A stretch of 64,000 nucleotides of DNA from Candidatus Hydrogenedentota bacterium (lineage in GTDB: Bacteria; Hydrogenedentota; Hydrogenedentia; Hydrogenedentales; JAEUWI01). The notes under the pieces are model-generated. The model searched no databases, was not told the origin of the DNA, and was given only the letters and a program-made list of their open reading frames with translations. The translations under genes and the position numbers were made by a program. The DNA is taken from positions 64,001 through 128,000 of the forward strand of contig JAXMOL010000003.1 of the NCBI GenBank assembly GCA_034669905.1. Reading direction: 5' to 3'. Shown here in pieces: positions 1 through 8,861 of the stretch (within the stretch, counting starts at the first letter, position 1; every line of letters starts with the position of its first letter).

Positions 1-1
1 T

Positions 2-151
2 CTTGTGAATGAGATGCTGGCGGTCCAGGCCGAGTTGCGCGCCCTCAAGGAAGAAGAAGCCCATGCGACTGCGCCGACCCTGGAAGGGAACGCACCCCGG
101 GTGCCCCCCCTCATTCCCCTGAGCGAAGCGCAGGGAGCCTCTGCCCCATGA
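2..151 (+). CDS. 3' end of an unidentified CDS (partial, runs off the window start)
   Basis: Open frame from base 2 (LVNEMLAVQAELRALKEEE...ASAP) ending in TGA, which overlaps the next ATG (ATGA coupling at 148-151). Confidence 0.6.
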   Translation, partial: LVNEMLAVQAELRALKEEEAHATAPTLEGNAPRVPPLIPLSEAQGASAP

Positions 152-345
152 GTCAGGGAGTCTTGATTGTGCTCGCTTCTCTCGTGATGGGGGTTTTCGG
201 TGCCTTTGCCACCTGGCTTTTCATTGATTTTTCAGAAGTGGCGGGTAAGTATCTGAAAGCGCGAAAAGAGCGCAAGCGTTTGGAGGCCGAGGCCAAGGCC
301 CTGTTGGCCGCCGAGTCGGAGGAAGCCAAAGGCGACGGGACCTGA
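148..345 (+). CDS. Small single-pass membrane protein
   Basis: N-terminal hydrophobic helix followed by a charged tail; ATGA overlap with the upstream gene. Confidence 0.6.
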   Translation: MSQGVLIVLASLVMGVFGAFATWLFIDFSEVAGKYLKARKERKRLEAEAKALLAAESEEAKGDGT

Positions 346-377
346 GCGGACCCGCGCTTCCCGGTGGAAACGTCATT

Positions 378-560
378 ATGTCGGAAAAACATGCCCGCCC
401 CTACATTGGGGTTCACTTCAAATGCTGCAACGTCTACACCCGGATCTATCTTAATCGTCTGGGGACCGCCTATTTCGGACATTGCCCCCGCTGTACCCGA
501 TCACTAACCGTCAAAGTCTCCGAAGGGGGCTCCAAGGCAAAGTTCTGGAACGCCGAATGA
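378..560 (+). CDS. Small Cys-rich putative zinc-ribbon protein
   Basis: HFKCC...GHCPRC motifs in 60 aa; GC3-rich codons; same direction as its neighbours. Confidence 0.7.
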   Translation: MSEKHARPYIGVHFKCCNVYTRIYLNRLGTAYFGHCPRCTRSLTVKVSEGGSKAKFWNAE

Positions 561-708
561 GCTGAGCACCCCTGCCAACATCCTCCAGCCGCCATCCCCA
601 CCGCGCCGTGGTCATGGTATGCATGGCGCGGGGTCTGCTAGTATCGACGGCAGTGACGCACCAGCACATGGAATCGCTGGGAACCTGCGCCCATCCTTAG
701 AAAAGCAC

Positions 709-1989
709 ATGTCAAAAGAAAAGAACGAAATAAAGGACGCCCTGAGTCCGGCAGAAGAGCTGCGCCAATTGCAGCGGGCCCTCGATCTGCGTGAGCGGGT
801 CATGGAGGCCTCGCACGAAGGTATCGTGGTGCTCGATGTGCTGGCCCCAGACAATCCCATTGTCTACGTCAACGCCGGTTTCGAGCGCCAAACGGGCTAT
901 CACCGGGATGAAGTGCTCCATAAGAGCGCCCGCTTTATCCATGGTCCGGAAACGGATCCGGGTACCCTGGCGCGCATTCGCGCCGCGATTGACGACCGAC
1001 GTCCCTACACCACCGAGGTGCTGAGTTACCGGAAAGACGGTACGCCCTTCTGGAATCGGATATCGCTGAGCCCCATCGAAAATCGGGAAGGCGAGATTAC
1101 CCACTTCGTTGCCATCCAATCCGACGTGAGTTCCCGGATCCAATCCAACACCGATGTGCAGACCGCCCTCGAGTTACTCGAAAAAACCAACGTTCAATTG
1201 ACCCGCATTAACCGGCGGATGAAGAAGAATCTGGAAACAGCAGCCCAGGTGCAGCAAGCCATGTTGCCGGAACACTTGCCGCGGGTGAAGGGTGTCGAGT
1301 TTGCCTGGAAGTTCCGGCCCTGCGATGAGCTCGCCGGCGATATTCTCAATGTGTTCCGCATCAACCGGAAGACGGTGGGACTCTATCTGCTCGACGTGTC
1401 GGGCCACGGTACGGCTGCGGCCCTGCTCGCCGTGTCCATCAGTCGCATGCTTTCACCCAAGGCCCTGGCCTCGTCGCTGGTGCGCGAAGAGGATGTGGAA
1501 GCCGCCGACTACAAGGTGGTGCCCCCTGCGCGGGTGGCCGAACAGTTAAACGCCCATTTCCCCTGGGATCCCGAGGTGGGGCAGTTTTTTACACTCATCT
1601 ATGGCGTGCTTGATACCGAGGCCCTGAGCTTTCGCTACGTATCGGCAGGGCACCCCGGCCCGGCGGTCTTTCCGTGCGGTGGGGAACCCTATATCCCCCG
1701 GAGCAGCGGCATGCCGGTGGGGCTGGCGAACGAGCCCTATGAAGAACACCATATCCAATTGGCTTCCGGCGATCGGATGCATTTGTACTCCGACGGAGTC
1801 ACCGAGGCCATGAATCGGAAGCGGGAACTCTTCGGCGTGCCCCGCTTGTTAGAGAGCCTGGGGCGCAACGGGGATCAACCACTGGCGGCCTGCCATGACC
1901 GGCTTATGGCCGACCTGGAAGCCTTTCGTGGTGGTACCCGCTTTAACGATGATATCTCCATGCTGTCGGTGGAAGTCACCCGGCGATAA
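709..1989 (+). CDS. PAS (LOV-like) + SpoIIE/PP2C phosphatase (RsbU/RsbP-like)
   Basis: DNPIVYVN..TGY..YRKDGTPFWN PAS domain; coiled coil; PP2C motifs AGD, DVSGHG, SAGH, YSDG, DDIS; start placed at MSKEK (709). Confidence 0.9.
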   Translation: MSKEKNEIKDALSPAEELRQLQRALDLRERVMEASHEGIVVLDVLAPDNPIVYVNAGFERQTGYHRDEVLHKSARFIHGPETDPGTLARIRAAIDDRRPYTTEVLSYRKDGTPFWNRISLSPIENREGEITHFVAIQSDVSSRIQSNTDVQTALELLEKTNVQLTRINRRMKKNLETAAQVQQAMLPEHLPRVKGVEFAWKFRPCDELAGDILNVFRINRKTVGLYLLDVSGHGTAAALLAVSISRMLSPKALASSLVREEDVEAADYKVVPPARVAEQLNAHFPWDPEVGQFFTLIYGVLDTEALSFRYVSAGHPGPAVFPCGGEPYIPRSSGMPVGLANEPYEEHHIQLASGDRMHLYSDGVTEAMNRKRELFGVPRLLESLGRNGDQPLAACHDRLMADLEAFRGGTRFNDDISMLSVEVTRR

Positions 1990-2137
1990 GGCAGGCGGGG
2001 GACGGCCCCGTGCCACGCGATGCCGAGTTCTACGAGGTTTCGTGTGCGTGGAGCGAGGAACGCGTTGGGCCATCGGCAGGGTAGGATTCGGGCGTCTTGC
2101 CGTCCCGGAGATGCTGGGCAGGAGGGGGACGGCCCCG
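1990..2137. repeat. 21-bp direct repeat pair GGCAGG(C/A)GGGGGACGGCCCCG
   Basis: Copies at 1990-2010 and 2117-2137, one mismatch. Confidence 0.7.
2009..2054 (+). repeat. Intergenic repeat family A copy
   Basis: 2017-2054 matches 48099-48136 at 35/38 positions; CGTGCCACGCGAT head matches the reverse complement of 48274-48286. Confidence 0.8.
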
Positions 2138-2308
2138 ACTTTCGAATGGGCTACCCCTTTCCACCGCTGCGTGTTTCGCCAAGACGTCAACTACCCACCT
2201 TCACCAACATGTCGTCGGTGCGGTCCCCGCGCAGCTATGGAGCGCCGGCGGCCCGCCAGCACAGGGCGTGTCGCCCACTCCATCCCTGTAGTCGGTGTCG
2301 TCCCCAAT

Positions 2309-2349
2309 AAAAACGCCCCCGAACGACCGGGTCGTTCGGGGGCGTGTTT
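2309..2349 (-). terminator. Intrinsic terminator of the SSS transporter gene
   Basis: 15-bp stem ACGCCCCCGAACGAC/GTCGTTCGGGGGCGT with an A-run on + (U-run on -) just after the stop. Confidence 0.75.
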
Positions 2350-2368
2350 CGTTAGCGGTGTTTGGCTA

Positions 2369-4078
2369 TCAGGCGCCCCACTGGGACATGCTGAAGACGA
2401 ACCAGATCATGGCGCCCACGCACAGCCAGAAGAAGACAAAGCCGCCCATGCCAATCAGACTCGGTACGGGGAACTCCATATCCGGGTGATTGATAAGCTT
2501 GCGCGGTTTCACGGGCTCCACGCCTTCGGGAAGCATGAAGGGTTCCGGCGCGTGGGGCTCTTCGGCGTTAACCGGCGTGTGAAGGCACTGGTAAAAGCGA
2601 TCCAGGCGCGACTTTTCGACGCGGGGCGTCAGGAGGCTCACGACGATGCAGAGGCCAAAGCCCGTGCTCAGGTAGCAGGCCATCTGGCACCACACCCGGA
2701 ACTCACCCTCCCAGAGGAAGAAGTCGGGCAGGGTGTTGGCGGCCCAGGTGTGGAAGAAGGGGAGGTTGGTGAACCACATGACGGCGAAGGCACCCAGCGT
2801 GCCCGCCCAGGCACCCCAGGAATTGGCGCGACGCCAGTAGAGGCCTACCCAGAAGGCACCGGTCATCATGCCCTGAATCTTCCAGAAGGTTTCCAGTCCC
2901 TTTGGAATATCTTCCACGGAATAGGCGAACCAGACACTGAAGCAGACGATGAAGAAGCCAACGACGCGGCCCACCAGGACGTAGTGGCTCTCTTCCTTGT
3001 CCTTCGCGAAGTAGCGTCGGTAGATATTCTGTGTGACCAGGCCCGCCGAGGAAACCATGAAGGCGTCGCAGGAGGACATGACCGAAGCGAGCAGGGCGGC
3101 CAGGAAAATACCCACGAGGCCGGGCATCACGAGGGGCAGCAATTCGCCGGCCATCCGCCCGTAAACCTGGTCTGGCTCGACCTGGACGTCGCCGCCGTTA
3201 TTCATGAAATACACCACGCCGCACAATCCGGTGAGCATCCACGCCACCGTACAGATCCGCTTGAGCAGGTTACCAGCGGCAAAGCCAACCCGGCCATCCA
3301 TCTCGGTCTTACCCGCAGCGCAGACCCCCATGATATGGGGCTGGGTCACAATACCCAGGGCGGCGTTGAGGGCGAAGATTGCGATGTGCCAGGCATTGAT
3401 TTCACCGGGGGCCACCAGGCTGAACATGTGTTCGTCGGTGATGGACTCGTGCAGTCCCGCGAAACCACCCACCGCTTTCAGGGCGAAGGGGAGAATCATG
3501 AAGGAAAGGATGACGGTCAGGATACCCTGCACCAGGTCGGTGACGATAGCAGCGGCAAGACCGCCCGCCATGCCGTAGGCCACGAATAGAATCGTCATGA
3601 CGATGACCGCGATATCCGCGTCAATCGCACCGCCGGAAATGGCCTCGATAACCTTGGCCGAGCCCAGCAGCATGACGCCAATATTCACCGTGAGCTGCAT
3701 GACGCCCACGACTGTATAGAGGGCACCCACGCTGTTGCTGTAGCGGTACTCGAAATAGTCACCGGTGGTGATGGCGCGCATCCGGCGGAAGGCCGGGGCA
3801 ATAAGCCAGTAAAAGGGGGTGGCAAAGAGCCAGAGCCACTGATACCAGATACCGGAAAGGCCATTGGTGTAGGTCTTCGACGCCACGCCCACGGCCTGGT
3901 TGCCATTGGTGCCCGCACCGAAGGCGAAAAAGGTCATGGAGACCTTGCCGAATCCACGGCCTCCCATAAAAAAGTCGGCCGTGTCTTTGATTTTGCTCGC
4001 AGTCCAGAGGCCGATTCCGGTTACGACGACGAGATAGGCGGCCAAAGCCAGCCAATCCCACAGGTTAATCCCCAGCAT
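2369..4078 (-). CDS. Sodium:solute symporter (SSS) family transporter
   Basis: DFFMGGR, YGMAGGLAAAIVTDLVQG and LAALLASVMSS motifs; many TM helices; GGAGGA RBS before ATG at 4078. Confidence 0.9.
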   Translation of the reverse strand: MLGINLWDWLALAAYLVVVTGIGLWTASKIKDTADFFMGGRGFGKVSMTFFAFGAGTNGNQAVGVASKTYTNGLSGIWYQWLWLFATPFYWLIAPAFRRMRAITTGDYFEYRYSNSVGALYTVVGVMQLTVNIGVMLLGSAKVIEAISGGAIDADIAVIVMTILFVAYGMAGGLAAAIVTDLVQGILTVILSFMILPFALKAVGGFAGLHESITDEHMFSLVAPGEINAWHIAIFALNAALGIVTQPHIMGVCAAGKTEMDGRVGFAAGNLLKRICTVAWMLTGLCGVVYFMNNGGDVQVEPDQVYGRMAGELLPLVMPGLVGIFLAALLASVMSSCDAFMVSSAGLVTQNIYRRYFAKDKEESHYVLVGRVVGFFIVCFSVWFAYSVEDIPKGLETFWKIQGMMTGAFWVGLYWRRANSWGAWAGTLGAFAVMWFTNLPFFHTWAANTLPDFFLWEGEFRVWCQMACYLSTGFGLCIVVSLLTPRVEKSRLDRFYQCLHTPVNAEEPHAPEPFMLPEGVEPVKPRKLINHPDMEFPVPSLIGMGGFVFFWLCVGAMIWFVFSMSQWGA

Positions 4079-4297
4079 GATTCTCCTCCACACGGTTTAA
4101 GGATCAATTCGAACAGATCCGCCTATAGTAGTTCATGGAGGGGCCAGACTGTCAACCTGTCGAATCAGGTCCCATGCGCCATTCTCCGGGAAGGTGGCCC
4201 TACAATAGGGAATGGCTTGCGGCCCATCATGGCCGTGGGCTATGGTGACACGGTCCCGCGGGGGCGTGTCATGGTCCAACCAGTGAGCGATTTTCAC

Positions 4298-5968
4298 ATG
4301 CGATTCAGTGGAACAATTTTCCTGTTGTCAATGGCTTTTATCCTCCTCCTTTCCTTCGCCTGGTTTATGAATCCCGACGGCGGGGGCGATGTCGGGGGCG
4401 TGGCCGATGTGCAGGGGAGCGAAGCGGCCAGCAGTCTGGACCAGATTCTCTCCGGAGACTTCAAACGAACCCCGAAAAAAAACGTGGCCCTGGGCACGGG
4501 GCGTCTTCGTGGGGTCGTGCGCGACCAATCCGGTGCACAGGTGGTGGGCGCGACGGTGCAGGTAAAGCCCATCGATCCCGAGGTCAATGTGACAGACCCG
4601 GCACAGGAAATCCGCCATTATTGGGAAGGGAGCTCGGGAGCGGGCGGGGCCTTTGAATTTCGTACGCTGCCAGCGGGGACCTTTATTGTCTCGGCAACCG
4701 CGGGGGGACGGCTGGCCATTGCCCAGACCGAGGTGAGCGATCCTGGCGTTTACCAGGAGCTGGAGTTGGTGTTGGCGGAGCGGGTGACCCGCCGTGGCAA
4801 GGTCTCGGACTCGGAGGGCGCGCCTGTCGCTGCGGCCCGTATCGTGCCGTTGCACGCACCCGATTGGCTGGGCGATTCTCAACCGTATCGCCACATCGCG
4901 GTACAAAGCAATGAGGCGGGCGACTTTGTCCATCCCTTGTTGCCCGAGGGTACGTGGGACGTGCTGGTGCTTGCCCGTGACTTTGCCCCCCAGCGTGTAA
5001 CCCTGCAAGCCGATCGGGCCACCCAGGTGACCCTCGGCGCCGGAGAAGCGCTGCAGGGCCGTCTGGTCCGGGCGAAAGATGGCCGACCGCTGAATAATAC
5101 CCGCGTGGTGGTTCGCGCCACCGATGAGGGAGGCGAATCCTACGCCCTCCGCAGCAATGGACAGGGCTTCTTCAGTTTCCGCGGGCTCCGTGCAACCGCC
5201 TATACGGTGTTCCTCGATTCCGATCGCTATGTGGCCACTTCCGGAGTGGAGGTACAGGACACCGCAGCCACCCAGTCGGCACCCGACGCGGCAGCCCGGC
5301 GCAATGTGCAGGTGGACCCGGTGACGGGCGTGACCACCGCGCCTGCCGCGTCAACGGAGCTGCCCGAAATTGCTGTGGGAAGCCCCACCAGCGAAGGCGA
5401 TGGTGTGACGTTGGTGGCCCACCCCACGGGCTCCATTCGTGGTCGTGTGCTCGAATCCCATGCCGATTATGGGGTGCCCGGCGTGCGGGTGGAAGCCTTT
5501 GCGCTGGATGCCGATAGGTTGGTCGCCACGGCGACCACGGATCAGGCTGGCTATTATCACCTGAAAGGGCTTGTTGAAGGGGGGTATCGCCTGGCCGTGC
5601 CGGGGACTCCCGCACAGGTCTTTCGCAGTGAAGAAGCCCCGGAAGTCACCGTTGTGGAGGGGAATCAGGCCCCGGGGATAACGTTTCGTGGGGTGGAGGG
5701 CACGGAACTATGGGGCCGTGTGGTCGACGCTTACGGTGAGGGCGTGGCCGAAGTGAATGTCTACCTGAATCGGGTGGCTTACCCCGGGGCGACCAGCGGA
5801 GTGGTTACCGATGCCGACGGTCAGTTCGTGCTAAGGGGTGTCCACGGCGCGGAGCAGGTCACTATTCGGGCCGAAAAAATGGGCGCCCTGTCCGAAGTCT
5901 TTGGGCCGGTTACCGTGGGCAGTGGGGGGCTGCAGGGAATTCTCCTGCGGCTGGGGGAACCCTCCTGA
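4298..5968 (+). CDS. Membrane-anchored carboxypeptidase-regulatory-like (prealbumin-fold) repeat protein
   Basis: N-terminal TM helix; repeated GxVxDxxGxPVxGAxV...TDxxGxFxLxGL modules; start uncertain. Confidence 0.75.
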   Translation: MRFSGTIFLLSMAFILLLSFAWFMNPDGGGDVGGVADVQGSEAASSLDQILSGDFKRTPKKNVALGTGRLRGVVRDQSGAQVVGATVQVKPIDPEVNVTDPAQEIRHYWEGSSGAGGAFEFRTLPAGTFIVSATAGGRLAIAQTEVSDPGVYQELELVLAERVTRRGKVSDSEGAPVAAARIVPLHAPDWLGDSQPYRHIAVQSNEAGDFVHPLLPEGTWDVLVLARDFAPQRVTLQADRATQVTLGAGEALQGRLVRAKDGRPLNNTRVVVRATDEGGESYALRSNGQGFFSFRGLRATAYTVFLDSDRYVATSGVEVQDTAATQSAPDAAARRNVQVDPVTGVTTAPAASTELPEIAVGSPTSEGDGVTLVAHPTGSIRGRVLESHADYGVPGVRVEAFALDADRLVATATTDQAGYYHLKGLVEGGYRLAVPGTPAQVFRSEEAPEVTVVEGNQAPGITFRGVEGTELWGRVVDAYGEGVAEVNVYLNRVAYPGATSGVVTDADGQFVLRGVHGAEQVTIRAEKMGALSEVFGPVTVGSGGLQGILLRLGEPS

Positions 5969-5988
5969 TGGGCAGGGTCCCAACGACC

Positions 5989-6513
5989 TCAGCAAATACC
6001 GCCATGCTCCGAGAGCTCTTCCACCAGGTCGTCGTAGCCCATTAACAAGGCCATGGCCATCGGGGTCAGCTTGCCGGTATAGCTTTCACGCTGGTTTACC
6101 TCTGCACCGCATTCTATGAGGAGTTCGGCCAGATCGGTGCGCCCATTCAGGGCGATCAGGTGGAGGGGAGTCAATCCCTGATTGTTCTCTTCATTGATGT
6201 CCGCCCCTTCGGAAATCAACTGCCGGGCCCGCTCAACATCGCCGTTGCGCGTCGCTTCGTGCAGTGGAGAATCCAAGACGGGATGGGCAGGCGCCACGTT
6301 TTCCTTCGGGTCAATCATGCGATAAACCGAGTGGCTCATACCCCAATAGGCATCGCCATCAGGGGGAGAAGTATCCACCGTGCCCTGGGCCGCCGCTTCC
6401 TTGCGTTCCTGGCTCAGGAGCATTTCGGCGAGCACCGTGTAGCCACTCTTGCGCGCACGGGTGGTTGGTGTTTCGCCATGCTTGTCCATCGTATACATCC
6501 AGGGATGGTCCAT
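5989..6513 (-). CDS. Ankyrin repeat protein
   Basis: SPLHEATRNG, GLTPLHLIALNG and LTPMAMALLMG repeats with GADIN/GAEVN linkers. Confidence 0.85.
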   Translation of the reverse strand: MDHPWMYTMDKHGETPTTRARKSGYTVLAEMLLSQERKEAAAQGTVDTSPPDGDAYWGMSHSVYRMIDPKENVAPAHPVLDSPLHEATRNGDVERARQLISEGADINEENNQGLTPLHLIALNGRTDLAELLIECGAEVNQRESYTGKLTPMAMALLMGYDDLVEELSEHGGIC

Positions 6514-6582
6514 AGGGGGATTGGCTCCTGTATCTTCAAACGGTTATTCAACCGGGTTTCTATCCATAGTGTGGGTTAGAAA

Positions 6583-6598
6583 AGCAAGTATTGTGCCG
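6583..6598 (-). promoter_or_regulatory. sigma54 (-24/-12) promoter upstream of the ankyrin gene
   Basis: Minus strand reads CGGCAC-AATAC-TTGCT (consensus TGGCAC-N5-TTGCW). Confidence 0.6.
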
Positions 6599-7038
6599 AC
6601 TATCCGGTGCACCAAGAGAGAAGATCTCGTTTTGATAACCTGTTTCATAGAAATGGGTTACATAATGTAATAGGTACTTAACATTTTTGTGCGGCCGCCC
6701 AAAAACTGTCAAAAACTATCAGCCTCGCCAAATTCTATTTACATTTGACTACAATTTGACAAGCCCTCCCACACCAAGAGGTGGGGAAATTCTAATCCTT
6801 CCAATACGTACTGTCAATTTTTTCAACGTGTTGGGAAATTCCTTCCTACCACGGTTTAACGTCCTGTAGCGGATGGCTGTTGACGGTCATGCATGTGCCA
6901 ATGTGGTGAGATTCATCTTTCGTCGGCATTTAGGATATACTGACGGTGGCAGAAAATAATTGTCAGATAACGGGTAGTCGCACTTTGCCTGGACTGCCCG
7001 ATCGGGTTACGAAGCGGACTACGAGAGTGGAGTTGACT

Positions 7039-8364
7039 ATGTCTACGAAGAAACGGGTGGGTAAACTGCTGCTGAAGGCAGGCTTGATCACAGAGGGCCA
7101 GTATGACGCGGCCTTGGAAATCCAGCAGGAGACCGGGGCGGAGCTTATCGACATCCTGTTTTCCCTGGGAGCCGTTGAGCCCAATGCTTTCATGGATTTC
7201 CTGCTTACCTATCCGGGGGTGCTTCCGTCTGATGTACGGGACCTCGAATTGGATGCCGAAGTTCTCCAGTGCGTCCCCGCGGAGATGGCCCGCAGTATGG
7301 AAGTGGTCCCCGTGGATCTGTTGGGCGACGTGTTGACCCTGGCGGCCAAGGTACCCCTGTCCGAAGACGGAGAGGCCCGCCTGGCCGAAGCCAGCGGAAT
7401 GAAACTCAAGGTACTGCTTTGTGCGCCCGACGATGTGGATGGTGCCCTGGCCCGCTACTACCCGCTCCCCGATGCTTCTTCGGAAGGCGGGGATGCTTCC
7501 ACCGGGGTTACGGGCTTGGCCCAGCCCTTGAAGCTTTCCCATATGGCCCACCTGATCCGGGGGATCCGCTCCCTACCCGCCCTGCCGGAAACCGTTCATC
7601 GGGTGCGCGAAGCCATGCTTTCTCCGGACAGCTCGGTGGCCTCTGTGACCGACATCATTACCCTCGACCCGCCCATCGCGGCGAAAGTGTTGAGTGTGGC
7701 CAACTCGGCGAGCTATGGCTTTACCCACAAGATTACCGATATCAACCTGGCCGTATCCCTGATGGGGCTGAAAGAAACCTACGCAATCGTGCTGTCCGCA
7801 GCCGTGGTGGATCTGGTGGGGCAGTTGGAAGAGTTTGATTACCGGGCCTTCTGGCTCGAATCCGTGTGCTCGGCCTGTGCCGCCCGCATCGTGGCCAAGG
7901 TGAGTAACCGCCGTCAACTCGCGGGTGTATTCACCGCGGGGCTGCTTCACGATATTGGCCGTGCTGCCCTGTGGGAGGTGGCCCCGGAAAAGTGCAAACG
8001 CATCGACAATACCTGCACGGGAAATCTGCTGTTGGAAGCCGAGCAGAGCCTGATAGGCCTGACCCACGTGGAAGCGGGCTACGAATTGGCACAACATTGG
8101 GCCCTCCCCAACGAGATTGCCCAGGCGATACGCTTTCACCACCAGCCCGAGCTGGCCACAGAGGCCCAGGAGCATGTGGCGATCGTGGCCCTGGCCGACG
8201 TGATGGTGCAGGCTTCAGGCACGCAGCTGGAAGACAATCCAGATATTTTTGCGCCCCACATGAATACGTTGGCGCTACTGGGGCTTGACCTGGAAAATGC
8301 CGAAGCCATGTTGGAAGAATATCTCACCCGTCACGAAGCGGCGGTACAGGATACCTTCGGCTGA
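7039..8364 (+). CDS. MshEN (GspE N-terminal) + HDOD domain protein
   Basis: RVGKLLLKAGLITEGQYDAALEIQ MshEN-type motif; LPALP, DPPIAAKVLSVANS, AGLLHDIGR and HH HDOD motifs. Confidence 0.85.
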   Translation: MSTKKRVGKLLLKAGLITEGQYDAALEIQQETGAELIDILFSLGAVEPNAFMDFLLTYPGVLPSDVRDLELDAEVLQCVPAEMARSMEVVPVDLLGDVLTLAAKVPLSEDGEARLAEASGMKLKVLLCAPDDVDGALARYYPLPDASSEGGDASTGVTGLAQPLKLSHMAHLIRGIRSLPALPETVHRVREAMLSPDSSVASVTDIITLDPPIAAKVLSVANSASYGFTHKITDINLAVSLMGLKETYAIVLSAAVVDLVGQLEEFDYRAFWLESVCSACAARIVAKVSNRRQLAGVFTAGLLHDIGRAALWEVAPEKCKRIDNTCTGNLLLEAEQSLIGLTHVEAGYELAQHWALPNEIAQAIRFHHQPELATEAQEHVAIVALADVMVQASGTQLEDNPDIFAPHMNTLALLGLDLENAEAMLEEYLTRHEAAVQDTFG

Positions 8365-8447
8365 TACCGGTTTCCCCATAGTGGATTGGCCCGGGTGTCG
8401 GTGTGACACGGGCCTTGGTGATACAAACTGAGAGCATGCTGTAGTAC

Positions 8448-8858
8448 GTGATGAACAATACCCCTAAACGAATCTATTTGTGTGGTCCGATTATGGACTG
8501 TACCGGCAACGAAGGCGTGGAGTGGCGCAGTATCGCGAAAGAGCGGCTGTCGGGGAAGTTTGTCGTCCTCGATCCCATGCGCCGTAATTTTCGGGATCGC
8601 GAAATCGATAGCGCCAACGAGATCGTCGACTTCGATCTGCAAGACGTGCGCGACGCAGACATTATTCTGGTAAATTATTCCAAGACGTCTATTGGCACGT
8701 CCATGGAAGTATTCTATGCGTCGCACGATCTCGGAAAGTTCGTCATCGCCTTCAGCCCCTATTCCTACCAGGATATGTCCCCCTGGATGATCAAGCACTG
8801 CACAAAGATACTGCCAGGACTCGATGAAGCCATCGAGTACATCGGACGCCATTTCTAG
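8448..8858 (+). CDS. Nucleoside 2-deoxyribosyltransferase-like protein
   Basis: IYLCGPI, DLQDVRDADII and SIGTSMEVFYA motifs of the NDT/Rcl fold. Confidence 0.75.
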   Translation: MMNNTPKRIYLCGPIMDCTGNEGVEWRSIAKERLSGKFVVLDPMRRNFRDREIDSANEIVDFDLQDVRDADIILVNYSKTSIGTSMEVFYASHDLGKFVIAFSPYSYQDMSPWMIKHCTKILPGLDEAIEYIGRHF

Positions 8859-8861
8859 CGC

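Noticed and set aside
1895..3589. 564-aa plus-strand ORF
   Set aside because: Antisense to the SSS transporter and runs through repeats and a terminator
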